A stretch of DNA of 64,000 nt from a virus. Its lineage: Duplodnaviria > Heunggongvirae > Uroviricota > Caudoviricetes. The stretch lies in the IMG/VR virus record IMGVR_UViG_3300010401_000032, positions 26,145 through 90,144 of that record; one strand, given 5' to 3'. Under the pieces are notes generated by a model. It searched no databases and was not told the origin of the DNA. It was given only the letters and a program-made list of their open reading frames with translations. Both the position numbers and the translations under genes were made by a program. This document shows, in pieces, positions 53,423 to 63,674 of this stretch. Position 1 is the first letter of the stretch, and each line of letters begins with the position of its first letter.

Positions 53423-54723
53423 GAGCCTGCCGCTCCTCTCTTGGGGCCAATTTTTTCTATAACAATTACCGCACCGTTGACTGGAATTTCACAGTTATTA
53501 CCACCCGAGCTAGTCGAGTTTATTCGAAGTCTCAGAGTATCTCCAGCATCGAGGTTCACTATATGAACATTAGTAGCTGTGTTATTAATAACGCTTGCAC
53601 CCACCGCACCGTGTGCAGAACTGATAGTCGTGCCTGCAAGACCAGTACCACTACTATTCTTTTCTAGTCTTGACGTACACGTTTGAAGAGTAGTACCAAC
53701 AGTCTTAGAAGCTGTAATGTGATAGCTAACCTTATATAGTCCTGGTGAAAATACCTTTAAAATACCGCTACTAAGTCCAGTACCGATGCCATAATTTTGG
53801 TCAGCAACTTCTAATGGGACGTTAATACTGACGGTTTCCATAGCTGTCGTAATCTTCTGTATCGTATCGTTAGAGAATATAGCGATACCAGAACCGACAG
53901 AAACATTAATCATACCAGAGCCGGTATGTATTACTGGAGTACCATGACCTAATGCTTTTGCAGCAACGACAGCGGCCGTATCTGTTCCGACAATACCACT
54001 AATAACACTGTGGTTCATCATGAACATATCACCTAGACCTAAATTAGCCAATGTCGGCGGCTGATATAGACCAGAAAGATTAAGTTCCGGTTGAGTGCCA
54101 AACGTACTGAATATCGGGTGAGCGGTGTTAGAAACTAATTGTAAATCACCGGGCGACGTTGTTATTACAGCAATACGTCCAGCGGTATAAGCACCTTGCA
54201 GACCGTGCCGTCCAATCATTTCCTTGATATTGCCAGAGTGTGCGATAGGCCAGAAGCCGTCGTTGGCGGGTCCGCCCGTATCCCAAACATTACTTATGGC
54301 CCAAGCTTCAAAAGGACCGCCGCGATACTGCATCTCGCCGCTAAAACTAAAAGCAGAAAGATATAATTGATCTTGGGCACTGATCGTTAAGTCGTGCTTC
54401 GATAATATCTGAAATCCTACGTTCGGGAGATAGGAACCAAGTTCAATATTATTGCTCGCATCTATTTTACTTAGTTGAAAGCCATAGGTTTTACCGCCAT
54501 CAAGCGAAAAGCTAAAGCCACCGAAGGGAGATTCTGTATTAAAAGAAGGTTCAAATCTTATAATACCCGACAAACTATTTATCGAAGAATGCCATACGCC
54601 ACTGTTCATGTGAACGTGGGCAAATGGTCGAATTTCTCTACCAAATCCGCCGTTAGTCATTTCTGCACCTAGCGATGCAGAGCCACTAGCCTGAGGCCAA
54701 AGATCACCTACTTCTCTTGCCAT
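53419..54723 (-). CDS. fibre-like structural protein
   Basis: N-terminus PFAHVHMNSGVWHS paralogous to 54725..55366 (PFGHIHLVSGVFHD); Gly/Ser/Thr-rich beta-type composition. Confidence 0.45.
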   Translation of the reverse strand: MAREVGDLWPQASGSASLGAEMTNGGFGREIRPFAHVHMNSGVWHSSINSLSGIIRFEPSFNTESPFGGFSFSLDGGKTYGFQLSKIDASNNIELGSYLPNVGFQILSKHDLTISAQDQLYLSAFSFSGEMQYRGGPFEAWAISNVWDTGGPANDGFWPIAHSGNIKEMIGRHGLQGAYTAGRIAVITTSPGDLQLVSNTAHPIFSTFGTQPELNLSGLYQPPTLANLGLGDMFMMNHSVISGIVGTDTAAVVAAKALGHGTPVIHTGSGMINVSVGSGIAIFSNDTIQKITTAMETVSINVPLEVADQNYGIGTGLSSGILKVFSPGLYKVSYHITASKTVGTTLQTCTSRLEKNSSGTGLAGTTISSAHGAVGASVINNTATNVHIVNLDAGDTLRLRINSTSSGGNNCEIPVNGAVIVIEKIGPKRGAAGS

Positions 54724-54724
54724 A

Positions 54725-55366
54725 TTAGAATCCTACTATAATAACTCTTCCAGCCTGTGCCACGTTCCAGGTAATGGTAACCGTATTAGAATTTGTAACT
54801 GCTATAGCATCCGGTATGATACAAAGACGTGGAGAGTTAGCGTCATATGTTTCAACTTGCACATCGGTTGTACCGAGGTTGTGAGTTACTGTCCAAGTAA
54901 CAGCAGCACCAAACGTTTGAGCAAACGTTTTCGGCATGCCTGCGAATCCTTGAGTTGGGAATCCATATAGACCAGAAAGTGCCCAAACGTCAACGGAGAA
55001 TGTAACGGGAGATGCACCACCTGTATCTCCAATAACTATGAAGCCGCTTGTTGTCGGAGACAGATCAACGTCGCCAGTAAGATTGGCACCGCCGATTACG
55101 CCGACAGACGTTACTACGGTTGCACCGGTAGCAATATCATTGAATGTTAATCCGCCATCAACGCTAACCTGGAAGGATGCACGCTGACGGTTGTATCTTA
55201 GAACACCTGATTGACCCATGATAGGATCATGGAACACACCACTCACTAAGTGAATGTGACCAAACGGTGCTAATGTCGTAATGTCAAATGCATCACCAAG
55301 GCTTCCGTTAACGCCAAGGTGAGATTGACCACTAATGCCCGGTATTAAATCGCCATTTATCTTCAT
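54725..55366 (-). CDS. fibre-like structural protein (paralogous N-terminus)
   Basis: See previous. Confidence 0.45.
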   Translation of the reverse strand: MKINGDLIPGISGQSHLGVNGSLGDAFDITTLAPFGHIHLVSGVFHDPIMGQSGVLRYNRQRASFQVSVDGGLTFNDIATGATVVTSVGVIGGANLTGDVDLSPTTSGFIVIGDTGGASPVTFSVDVWALSGLYGFPTQGFAGMPKTFAQTFGAAVTWTVTHNLGTTDVQVETYDANSPRLCIIPDAIAVTNSNTVTITWNVAQAGRVIIVGF

Positions 55367-55388
55367 AGTTGACCCCCACTAAAGTACA

Positions 55389-55799
55389 CTAAATAATAAC
55401 TACTTTTCCGTCTTGGGGGGTATTAAAGATTAATGAGACGCTGTTGCTGTCTTCTATTATGATATCATCTGGCAATATATTTTTCGCACCACCGCCTGGA
55501 GCATCAAATACTTGAACAAGAACATCTAAACTGTTTAAGTTATGAACAAATAGGCCGCTTGTAATAGAAGAAAAAGTTGCGGCAAATTTCGAGACGGACG
55601 ATGAGCCTGAACCCGGACCAATAATTGTGATGATATTGCCGGCTGATAGAATCGTGATTCCGCTGAGGCCAACGATATTGATGAATGGCCCGAGTTGACC
55701 GTTGATAGCAATAATACCGCTAGTGGATCCGCCACCTCCGAATGATCCACTCTGGCTGCCACCGCCGAGAGATACTATACCGCCAATTCCTAAACTCAT
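55389..55799 (-). CDS. Gly-rich structural protein
   Basis: GGGSQSGSFGGGGSTSG. Confidence 0.4.
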   Translation of the reverse strand: MSLGIGGIVSLGGGSQSGSFGGGGSTSGIIAINGQLGPFINIVGLSGITILSAGNIITIIGPGSGSSSVSKFAATFSSITSGLFVHNLNSLDVLVQVFDAPGGGAKNILPDDIIIEDSNSVSLIFNTPQDGKVVII

Positions 55800-55800
55800 G

Positions 55801-56238
55801 TTATGACAATTCTAATATTCGTACGTCAGCGATCGCGTTTGAAACACCATAGATGATTGTATTAGGAGTACCAACAATATCGAAAGCAATTTTTTCGCCA
55901 ACATTAATTGGTAGACCGTCAGACGTAGTGACGTTGACATCGCCAATGTAAAGAATGCCGGGTCCATCATTATGTAGCACAAGGGCTCGACGATATTCCA
56001 ATGGAGTTTGAGGAAGTGCTATTCCTGTTCCCCCAACAGAAATCATTTGTTGCCTTAATCCAATGGAGACACTAAAGTCTTCTGGATTAAGAACTACGAC
56101 ACCTTCGGATAGCCGATTGCGGAGCGAGTGACGTTGATCGGGTATAGGAAATGTACCCGGAGCTAGATCGTAGGGCGGCGAATTCGCTATACTCGGTATC
56201 GTACCGCTTCCAATTATTGAGTTGTAATCTTTAGGCAT
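55801..56238 (-). CDS. hypothetical structural protein
   Basis: 145-aa ORF with RBS AGGAGG. Confidence 0.45.
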   Translation of the reverse strand: MPKDYNSIIGSGTIPSIANSPPYDLAPGTFPIPDQRHSLRNRLSEGVVVLNPEDFSVSIGLRQQMISVGGTGIALPQTPLEYRRALVLHNDGPGILYIGDVNVTTSDGLPINVGEKIAFDIVGTPNTIIYGVSNAIADVRILELS

Positions 56239-56262
56239 AAGTGCCTCCTAAGAAGAGACACT

Positions 56263-56745
56263 TTAGAAGATCAGCATCCTCACTTGAGAACCAGCACTTG
56301 CTACAGCCCATATTTCTACGCAATCTAAAACCGGTAAGTCAACATAAGAACGCGGAGTAGCGGCTCCAGCGTTTGTTAGCTGCCAACCTTCTGGAGTTTT
56401 TGCAGCACTATTAGCAATGGTTACTGTAGTGCTATCGGTCGCGTTTTGGATACGGACTAATCTTGCTCTCGGAAGCGGACTTTGCCTTGCACCCCAAATC
56501 TTGATTGGTGTAGTCGAGACAGTAATACCGCTAACGGCAAAAGCATCAACCGAAGTTAAATCTTCGGGATTAGCTATAACTACTTGTAAGCCGGTACGTT
56601 CACCTTGACCGAGAGGCTCGTAACCACGTTGACCGGAAGGTAAGATACCACGAGTATAGGGAATTGTACCGCTGCCTACGGCGGTTGCTACTAAAGGTGC
56701 AGCCATAATTAAACTCCTAAAAGAGACGAAACGAGACGGAACCAT
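56263..56745 (-). CDS. hypothetical structural protein
   Basis: 160-aa ORF with RBS AGGAG. Confidence 0.45.
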   Translation of the reverse strand: MVPSRFVSFRSLIMAAPLVATAVGSGTIPYTRGILPSGQRGYEPLGQGERTGLQVVIANPEDLTSVDAFAVSGITVSTTPIKIWGARQSPLPRARLVRIQNATDSTTVTIANSAAKTPEGWQLTNAGAATPRSYVDLPVLDCVEIWAVASAGSQVRMLIF

Positions 56746-56758
56746 AGATAAAATACAC

Positions 56759-56784
56759 TAAGGGCCGCTAAAAAGCGGCCCTTA
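56759..56784 (-). terminator. 10-bp GC-rich hairpin TAAGGGCCGC-n6-GCGGCCCTTA downstream of thyX
   Basis: Perfect inverted repeat; on minus strand followed by GTGTATTTTATC. Confidence 0.45.
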
Positions 56785-56813
56785 GAAAAGGATGACGACC
56801 TACTAATTAAAGT

Positions 56814-57512
56814 TTATTCTTCTATAAGTTTCCACTTATATTTTGCCCTAGCCTCGGCACACCATGGATATAGTTCTTTAAATATAGTGTCCATGGCATT
56901 TGCTATCTCTCTCATTTCAAGCTGTGCGTGGGGATCTTGTCGTAGATTCAAGAAATGCATCAGATTATGTACATCTACATTTACGTAAATTTCAGTGAAT
57001 AGGGCAACTGGTAATACTATTCTTGCGAGCTCTTTAGCTACGCCCCGAGCAAGAAGTCCTTGATAGCCGTCATATGTAAAGGCAAAACATTCTTTAGCAA
57101 TTTGCTCGCTTTCGTCGTGAAAGTCTTCAAGACCAGTCTCCTCTGGTACAATACTGCCCTGTTTGTTTTTCGTATCCTGGAGACGCCACTCTGTGGGCAA
57201 ATAAAATTCGTCTGCAAGTTCGCTATATCGACCAGACCATTCGTTCAAACGCATAGTACGATGTCGAACAAATTGCCGCATGCAAAAGATCGGCATCTTT
57301 ATATTAAAGGTTATGTTGCAAGCTTCAAATGGGGACGTGTGCCGATTCTTAAAGAGATAAAACAAAAGCTTCTTATCTGCATCTTCACCCTTTGAAGGGG
57401 ATTTATAAGATATACGTGCCGTCTCAACAATACGTTGATCTGTCCCAAGATGATCAATATAACGTACGTACCCTGCTCCGAGTACCGGGACCTCAAAACC
57501 TTTTTCAATCAT
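56814..57512 (-). CDS. thyX: flavin-dependent thymidylate synthase ThyX
   Basis: RHRTMRLNEWSGR = ThyX RHRx7SxR signature. Confidence 0.85.
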   Translation of the reverse strand: MIEKGFEVPVLGAGYVRYIDHLGTDQRIVETARISYKSPSKGEDADKKLLFYLFKNRHTSPFEACNITFNIKMPIFCMRQFVRHRTMRLNEWSGRYSELADEFYLPTEWRLQDTKNKQGSIVPEETGLEDFHDESEQIAKECFAFTYDGYQGLLARGVAKELARIVLPVALFTEIYVNVDVHNLMHFLNLRQDPHAQLEMREIANAMDTIFKELYPWCAEARAKYKWKLIEE

Positions 57513-57826
57513 ACCACTAGCTTTGGTCTGATAATTTCGCTAAGTACCTCTTCATCAAGAGCCTTCTTAATCTCTTGAATGACTTCATCGGCATCGAACG
57601 TGCGGGCGATTATCATCTCAATAGAATACCAACTACCTCCGACACCAATGCCATCAATACCAACAATCTTACTGAAAGACTCCATAAGACGAGACCGAAC
57701 AGTACTCTCGTTATCTAGTTTTTCATTGAGCTTCTTGCTTAGAGTAAGCATAAAGCGATAATGCATTTCTTGACCGTTCTCATCTTTAGAGAAGGTTATT
57801 ACATACTTTTCTTTAGGTTGTGCCAT
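57509..57826 (-). CDS. hypothetical protein
   Basis: 105-aa ORF. Confidence 0.45.
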   Translation of the reverse strand: MAQPKEKYVITFSKDENGQEMHYRFMLTLSKKLNEKLDNESTVRSRLMESFSKIVGIDGIGVGGSWYSIEMIIARTFDADEVIQEIKKALDEEVLSEIIRPKLVV

Positions 57827-57859
57827 AGTATGTATATACTGACATATACCGGCAAATTG

Positions 57860-59824
57860 TCAGCTTATTTCGCAGACTTCTCCGTCACAGAATCGAGGAG
57901 CCACAGCTTCTTCTTTTGAAGAACTCAGCATTATAGGCTTAATGTTCTTCGTCATAGAATCGTACTGTTCCTTAGTAATAGACTCATATGGTGCTTGAAC
58001 ATAACCGTGATTTGAAATTGGTAAGAACGATATACTCTTAAGCGAGTCCTCGTAGAATTCCAAAATATGCTGAATATCCTCTTTTTCAGATTCTTTAAAT
58101 GTAACAGTTATACTAACCATGTTGTCGGCCCAGTATCTTTGGTAGGCGACGGCGTTAGCTACCTGTTCCCAAATCGTGACATCATTCTTAGAGCGAGTGA
58201 AATATTCCTCATGAATAGGAAACTCCACAACCATCGTAGATGATTCCTGTCCTACGGCCGCCTCGACTTTATGGCCGGCATCTTGAGCAAGCTTCCAAAG
58301 TGGCGAATGAATGCCCACGCGAATGCGACGAATATAGTATTCTGAATGTGGATAGTGAATGCCGGGCGGTTCGCCAGGAAGCAAGCTAACTGTTCCGCTA
58401 GGCTTAACAGAAGTTTTCTTAATAGACTTTGGAACACCAAGCCAGTTGGAATATTGAATATCCAATCCTAGAATAAATTCGTAAGACTTATCGCACCATA
58501 AAAGAACTTCTCTTCTGCCGTGCTTGCCAAATGCTTTGATAATGCCGCTTTGACTTAATCCAATTCTACGATTCTTTGTCATTACAGCATTCGTCTCGGG
58601 CCAGTGCGTAGGTACGAGTGTAACCGTTTTAGCGTAAAGATATGCAATCTTTATAGTTTCAAGATATTCATCTAATGAATCGTGGCGTGCTGGGAATGTT
58701 TCACAGAGTGTGCATAATTCGTAATTATGAAGAGTTTGCTCAGAACACGGATTGCAGCCGACGGCATCTTTATCGTTCCAATTTGGAGCGTCTTTCATGC
58801 GGCCATAAGCCCTGGCATTATCCAACCACTGAATTCCCGGCTCTCCATTTTTAGCAATCTGTTCGGCGTGCCAAGAATAGTCCATGCCTATTTCTGCTAT
58901 AACAGAATTATTTGAAGCCCATCTATACTTCATTAATTTTTCTTTGTCTTGCTTTAAAAGAACAAAGTCTGTGTCGTTAAATTGCCCTAGGGCTAACTCG
59001 GCACTTCGTCTTGTGTTTCCAGCAACAACACAGCGACCAATCATATTCATTATATCGACTATAATAGTTGACGTTACAGCTTGTCCAATATGATCGTTTA
59101 AAAGAGAGGCTACATTATCTAACATTTCTTTAAGTGGTCCAGGACCACTAGATGTGCCGCCGAACGTTTTAATAGGAGCACCCGCTGGACGTATTTGCGA
59201 GTAATCAAATTGTGGTATAAAATCACCCTTTAAATAGCCATCGATGATTAAACCCAACGCCTCAACCCAGCCTTCGCGGGTATCTGGAATAGCATGAATT
59301 ACTAATGGGTCTATAGATGATGGATGTTGAATGGTTACTTTTCCAGCACCTTCTGTTCCAAATCCACAACCAACTCCTAACATGGACATATCCATAACGA
59401 ATCTGAACGGCTTACTAAATTCGTGATCAATATTAGAAGTAGAAACATAGGCACAATTATTGAGTGCCGCCCCGCCTTTTGTTTGAACAATATCAGTTCC
59501 TAGGCTCCACAGGCCCCGGCCGGGGGGTAGGAAGCGAAACGTCCACATAAGTTCGAACATTCGCCTTGCGGTACGTTGAGCCTTCTTTTCGTCCCATGGC
59601 AAATGATTACGCTTGCAGTGATTTTTTTGTATACTAAAAGTACCTTCAACCACACGCAGGCAGGTTTCCCAATATTCTTCTGTGCGATCCTCGTCTGCAA
59701 TTTGACGAGCGTATGTTCGCTTAAAAGTAAAGAAGCCTAGTGGTCCCCAGTCAGGTTGTTTGCCCTTATAGATTCTGACGAAGGACTCCGGTAGATCAAA
59801 TGAATGTTTAGCAATATCAAACAT
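57860..59824 (-). CDS. ribonucleotide reductase catalytic subunit (likely class II)
   Basis: Active-site NxCxE as GCNPCSEQ; C-terminal Cys pair CDGEVCEIS; no beta-subunit gene nearby; no ATP cone. Confidence 0.65.
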   Translation of the reverse strand: MFDIAKHSFDLPESFVRIYKGKQPDWGPLGFFTFKRTYARQIADEDRTEEYWETCLRVVEGTFSIQKNHCKRNHLPWDEKKAQRTARRMFELMWTFRFLPPGRGLWSLGTDIVQTKGGAALNNCAYVSTSNIDHEFSKPFRFVMDMSMLGVGCGFGTEGAGKVTIQHPSSIDPLVIHAIPDTREGWVEALGLIIDGYLKGDFIPQFDYSQIRPAGAPIKTFGGTSSGPGPLKEMLDNVASLLNDHIGQAVTSTIIVDIMNMIGRCVVAGNTRRSAELALGQFNDTDFVLLKQDKEKLMKYRWASNNSVIAEIGMDYSWHAEQIAKNGEPGIQWLDNARAYGRMKDAPNWNDKDAVGCNPCSEQTLHNYELCTLCETFPARHDSLDEYLETIKIAYLYAKTVTLVPTHWPETNAVMTKNRRIGLSQSGIIKAFGKHGRREVLLWCDKSYEFILGLDIQYSNWLGVPKSIKKTSVKPSGTVSLLPGEPPGIHYPHSEYYIRRIRVGIHSPLWKLAQDAGHKVEAAVGQESSTMVVEFPIHEEYFTRSKNDVTIWEQVANAVAYQRYWADNMVSITVTFKESEKEDIQHILEFYEDSLKSISFLPISNHGYVQAPYESITKEQYDSMTKNIKPIMLSSSKEEAVAPRFCDGEVCEIS

Positions 59825-61034
59825 GAAAACGCCCTGGATTAAATAAATTACAACTCGATGAACCCTTAATTAACAAGTCTCTAATAATCAAACTACTATT
59901 TAAAGCATGACTAAAACCATATCCTCCAAATCCACACATAACATATTCATGAGGGCGGTTAGGAAGTTGACCAACCAAAGGAAGTTTGTCTGTCGTTGTG
60001 CATACTACATTAGACCATGTAAACTCGTACTTGATGCCACTGAACATTGGCATGTAATCAGTTATGAAGCTGCGAATTCTATCGTAGACAACGGGACTAA
60101 TTTCTCCGTCGTCTAGTACGCCGACTTGCTTATTTCTGACGGCGTGTCTCATGCCGCCAACTAATAAACGATTGTCGTGTAATCTCATATATTCAAAGCC
60201 GTAATTGCACGAAATACTCATTTGCGGAAATGTTTTAACTAAATCATCAGGTAATATTTCGGTAGCAATAATTTGGTTTCTGTGACCAATAATATTAGGT
60301 GCTAACTCAGGAACTAACTCACTTGTATAGACATTGGTACAATACACTACAGATTTCGTTTTGATAATACCTTTGTGACGAATTGAAACACTAAAACTGT
60401 CGTCGGTATTGCGTTGTACTTTTGACACGCAACAGTTGGTTAATATTCTAGGTCCTTTGCATTCAACAAGTTCGCGTAATCCATTGATAATTTTGTATGG
60501 GTTAAATAAAGCCTCTGTAGGAACAAACATTCCGCCAACAAATTGACTTCCCGGAAATAGGACTTGAACGTCGTTTTGCGATAACATCAAACATTTTAAG
60601 TTCTGATGAACATCTATGAAGTCAGATTCGCGTTGTAAATCTTCTAGCTCGTTGGCAGACAGAGCCAATCTGATACCGCCAGTATCAAGTAAACCATCAT
60701 TAAACTTAATGGCACGTAGACCTCCAACAAGTTTCTTATTGTTGTCGGCAATAAAAGAAAGGTATGCAGACCCAATATCTTTATCCATCTTGTGGAATAA
60801 GTTATTTGTGCCCAAAAATAATTGACCATTGTTTCGACCAGATGCATGACTGCCAACAGAAGATTCTTCAACTAGATAACAATTAGTAATACCGGCATTG
60901 ATTAACTGATGTAATAAAGTAATACCGGCAATGCCGCCGCCGATAATAAGAACGTCTATATTACGCACAAGGCCCGACGTAACGTTGTTTTTAGTCGGGC
61001 AAGTGGAAAACCAATAATTACTGTGCTGAGCCAT
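59817..61034 (-). CDS. FAD-dependent oxidoreductase (DAO family)
   Basis: N-terminal VLIIGGGIAGITL dinucleotide-binding motif; 405 aa. Confidence 0.6.
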   Translation of the reverse strand: MAQHSNYWFSTCPTKNNVTSGLVRNIDVLIIGGGIAGITLLHQLINAGITNCYLVEESSVGSHASGRNNGQLFLGTNNLFHKMDKDIGSAYLSFIADNNKKLVGGLRAIKFNDGLLDTGGIRLALSANELEDLQRESDFIDVHQNLKCLMLSQNDVQVLFPGSQFVGGMFVPTEALFNPYKIINGLRELVECKGPRILTNCCVSKVQRNTDDSFSVSIRHKGIIKTKSVVYCTNVYTSELVPELAPNIIGHRNQIIATEILPDDLVKTFPQMSISCNYGFEYMRLHDNRLLVGGMRHAVRNKQVGVLDDGEISPVVYDRIRSFITDYMPMFSGIKYEFTWSNVVCTTTDKLPLVGQLPNRPHEYVMCGFGGYGFSHALNSSLIIRDLLIKGSSSCNLFNPGRFHV

Positions 61035-61322
61035 TTAAAGCAATTCTTCTATAGATTGATTCGGAAGTGCCGCCTGTTCCTTAATGGCTTTCATAATTTG
61101 TTTTACGTTATTTGGTTTGGGGTCAAAATATTTCTTTTGATTATTGCCTCGGCAAAAATCGCAAATGTCTATTAGAAGCTCAATAGATTCCGTATCAGAA
61201 ATTTTATATTCCTGAGTTTTCATGGATACAACGTGATCTAATGGCCTAGACATTCTCGGCTTGTCGCACTGGGGACAAGCAAATAAACGTTTGTCAGTAG
61301 AAGAACGATTAATGCGTTTCAT
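61035..61322 (-). CDS. hypothetical protein
   Basis: 95-aa ORF, CPQC...C..C. Confidence 0.4.
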   Translation of the reverse strand: MKRINRSSTDKRLFACPQCDKPRMSRPLDHVVSMKTQEYKISDTESIELLIDICDFCRGNNQKKYFDPKPNNVKQIMKAIKEQAALPNQSIEELL

Positions 61323-61696
61323 CTGTTATCGCCGCTACCACTAAGAGTTCCTTTAGCTGCCCGTGCAGCTAATTTATCTAAATTAGCCTGAGCCACTTCA
61401 CCCATATCAAGATTGAATTCCTTGCATAATGCAGCGATATACCACAGGACGTCGCCGAGTTCTTTGGCGATGGCAGCACAGTCGGCATCTTCAACAAGGC
61501 CGTCTTTATCGCGAATAAGCTTCTTAATTTTTTCGGCTACTTCGCCAGCTTCACCACAGAGACCAAGAGCCGGATAAATCCAACCAAGATTTCCAGAACT
61601 GCCAGTCTCAAGAGATGGATAGACGGCAGTAACAACAGCTTTTCGCTGGTATTCATTAAATGTCAATGTCATCGCGTCACATCCTTTACTGCCCAC
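61319..61696 (-). CDS. mazG: MazG-like nucleotide pyrophosphohydrolase
   Basis: GEAGEVAEKIKK...ELGDVLWYIAALC (EExxE..ELGDxLW). Confidence 0.7.
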   Translation of the reverse strand: MGSKGCDAMTLTFNEYQRKAVVTAVYPSLETGSSGNLGWIYPALGLCGEAGEVAEKIKKLIRDKDGLVEDADCAAIAKELGDVLWYIAALCKEFNLDMGEVAQANLDKLAARAAKGTLSGSGDNR

Positions 61697-61902
61697 ATGA
61701 TTGCTTCTTCAAGCTTGGTCTTAGCTAATGAAATTTCTCGTGATGTACGGACTGTTGGCAGTAAAGTATTAGGATCCGTTTCTATTAGCTCGTACAATTC
61801 TTGAGCTTTATCCTTGAGGGCTTCAAGATGTGCTTGTTCAAGTGAACCAAGTGTACGATATTCTTTTCTAAAAACATTCATGATTGTGCCTTTGGGGTCC
61901 AA
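61669..61902 (-). CDS. hypothetical protein
   Basis: 77-aa ORF. Confidence 0.4.
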   Translation of the reverse strand: MDPKGTIMNVFRKEYRTLGSLEQAHLEALKDKAQELYELIETDPNTLLPTVRTSREISLAKTKLEEAIMWAVKDVTR

Positions 61903-62252
61903 ACAGACCAGCCATTATTTGGTAGATACTTGCCTTCTGCATCCTTACGCTTCGGGAATAGAGTACCTTCTTTTCCTTTGTGTTGACCAAAGGCTAGTTT
62001 AGCTCTACAGTGTCGGGCGGTATGCGGCGGACTAGTTTCAAAATGAACGATAGACTGACAATGTAATTCATAGAAATCATTATCTTCAACGGTCCTTACG
62101 ACAAATCTTAGATCGTCACCGCCGCACACTCCACACTTTTGTTCTTCGAAAACCTCTTGCAGTGCTGACAATTGACGGAATACATCCTTTTGTGTTTCAC
62201 CCTCTGCAAAGATTTCAATTCTACCGTTTGATGATTTATGACTTACTTTCAT
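61878..62252 (-). CDS. hypothetical protein
   Basis: 124-aa ORF; CGVCGG. Confidence 0.4.
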   Translation of the reverse strand: MKVSHKSSNGRIEIFAEGETQKDVFRQLSALQEVFEEQKCGVCGGDDLRFVVRTVEDNDFYELHCQSIVHFETSPPHTARHCRAKLAFGQHKGKEGTLFPKRKDAEGKYLPNNGWSVWTPKAQS

Positions 62253-62944
62253 TTACTAGACTCCAATTCTTTCTTACGTTGGTCTCTTTGTTCTTGTGCT
62301 GACAATTTCTTCTTGGAAACCTTCTGTTCGTTTAGATAGGCCAAGGCACGCTGGGCTTCTTCCGCAGTCAATTCTAATAGCTCGCAAATAGATTCGGCTC
62401 TCGCCTTATCGGTTACGACTTCTTCTATGACTTGTACCGGATCTATATTTCGAGTCTCGCACAGTTTTTCAATCGCGGCAATGACCTGTGAGTCAGCCTT
62501 ACCTCCGGGATTGACTTCCAATGAAGCTATACCCTCTCGCAATCCAATTTCTTCTGATGAAAGCATTCGGATACCAAGAGCTTTGCGTAAACTGCGTGCC
62601 TCCGCACGGGACTCAGCAACGGCCGTTGGATAATTAAAGAATTTGCCAGAAGTATTCTTACTACTGGCGTCCGCAGTGCCAACGAACCTAACGATATAAG
62701 GACCGTCTGGTTTGCCATCGTCTACAATAAATGAAGAGGTAAATATGGCCTGTATGAGCGTATCAGAAGGCGTGAGTATCTCAACCTTCTGTTCAACTAT
62801 CCCGGCTTCTCTGGCAAGTCTCTGTAAGCCGGCCAAGAGAACAACCTTCATCTCGTCTTCGCCTTCTTTGCGAAGATCAGTTTCATCTACGTGCAGTAGA
62901 CTTTCCCAGTTTGTAGTAAACAAATTTTTGATATCTCTGGACAT
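62249..62944 (-). CDS. hypothetical protein
   Basis: 231-aa ORF. Confidence 0.45.
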   Translation of the reverse strand: MSRDIKNLFTTNWESLLHVDETDLRKEGEDEMKVVLLAGLQRLAREAGIVEQKVEILTPSDTLIQAIFTSSFIVDDGKPDGPYIVRFVGTADASSKNTSGKFFNYPTAVAESRAEARSLRKALGIRMLSSEEIGLREGIASLEVNPGGKADSQVIAAIEKLCETRNIDPVQVIEEVVTDKARAESICELLELTAEEAQRALAYLNEQKVSKKKLSAQEQRDQRKKELESSK

Positions 62945-62951
62945 ATGTAAA

Positions 62952-63674
62952 TTATGACACTATGTGTATTTTTTGTAAGTGGACATCCTGAAAAAACTGT
63001 GTGAGTTGCTCGTATATACGTTGGCAGCGAGCGTTCGAAATTGAATTCGATAGATCTTCCACGATCATCACGCGATAGCCCAAGTCATTCAATTCGTCTG
63101 ATAAACGATTGTACCTTGTCTCAATACGATTCTCTTGCTTCTCGCCATAAATGTGAGTGGGCAGAAGAAGCTCAATAACGACCTTATGATCTGGCAAGAT
63201 AATGTCGGACGTATGATTAGCGGATAACTTTACGCCTACCTTGACGGTCTCTTTCTTTTCCAAAAACGAGGCTAGTTTTTTACCAAACTTTGACAAGCTG
63301 CCTGGACCCGGTTTCTCTCCTGTTTGAAGCCGGGCTAAAATCTCAGTCTTATATTTAGAGGAACCATTTTCCCATTCGGCCTTTCGTAATTCGCCGAGCT
63401 TCTGTTTCTGCTCTAGTCCTTTGTCAGATTCCCAAAAGACACGAGTGCCGTTAGAGATCTTATTCTTTGTATCTTCTGAGTGTTCTTTGCCAAGTCTTTG
63501 ATGATCTGAGTGCTTCAAATGGACTTTCTGTGCTTCGCTCTTAGATCTTCTTGTAACACCAAGCTTCTTCATATTATAATATAAAGTAGACTTAGCCATC
63601 TTAAGATGTAAGGCCATGTCGTCTATAGACATTTCCTGATACATTTTCTCAAGATATTCTTTGGTCAGTTTCAT
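62952..63674 (-). CDS. hypothetical protein with N-terminal HTH-like segment
   Basis: 240-aa ORF; SIDDMALHLKMAKSTLYYNMKKLGV. Confidence 0.45.
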   Translation of the reverse strand: MKLTKEYLEKMYQEMSIDDMALHLKMAKSTLYYNMKKLGVTRRSKSEAQKVHLKHSDHQRLGKEHSEDTKNKISNGTRVFWESDKGLEQKQKLGELRKAEWENGSSKYKTEILARLQTGEKPGPGSLSKFGKKLASFLEKKETVKVGVKLSANHTSDIILPDHKVVIELLLPTHIYGEKQENRIETRYNRLSDELNDLGYRVMIVEDLSNSISNARCQRIYEQLTQFFQDVHLQKIHIVS

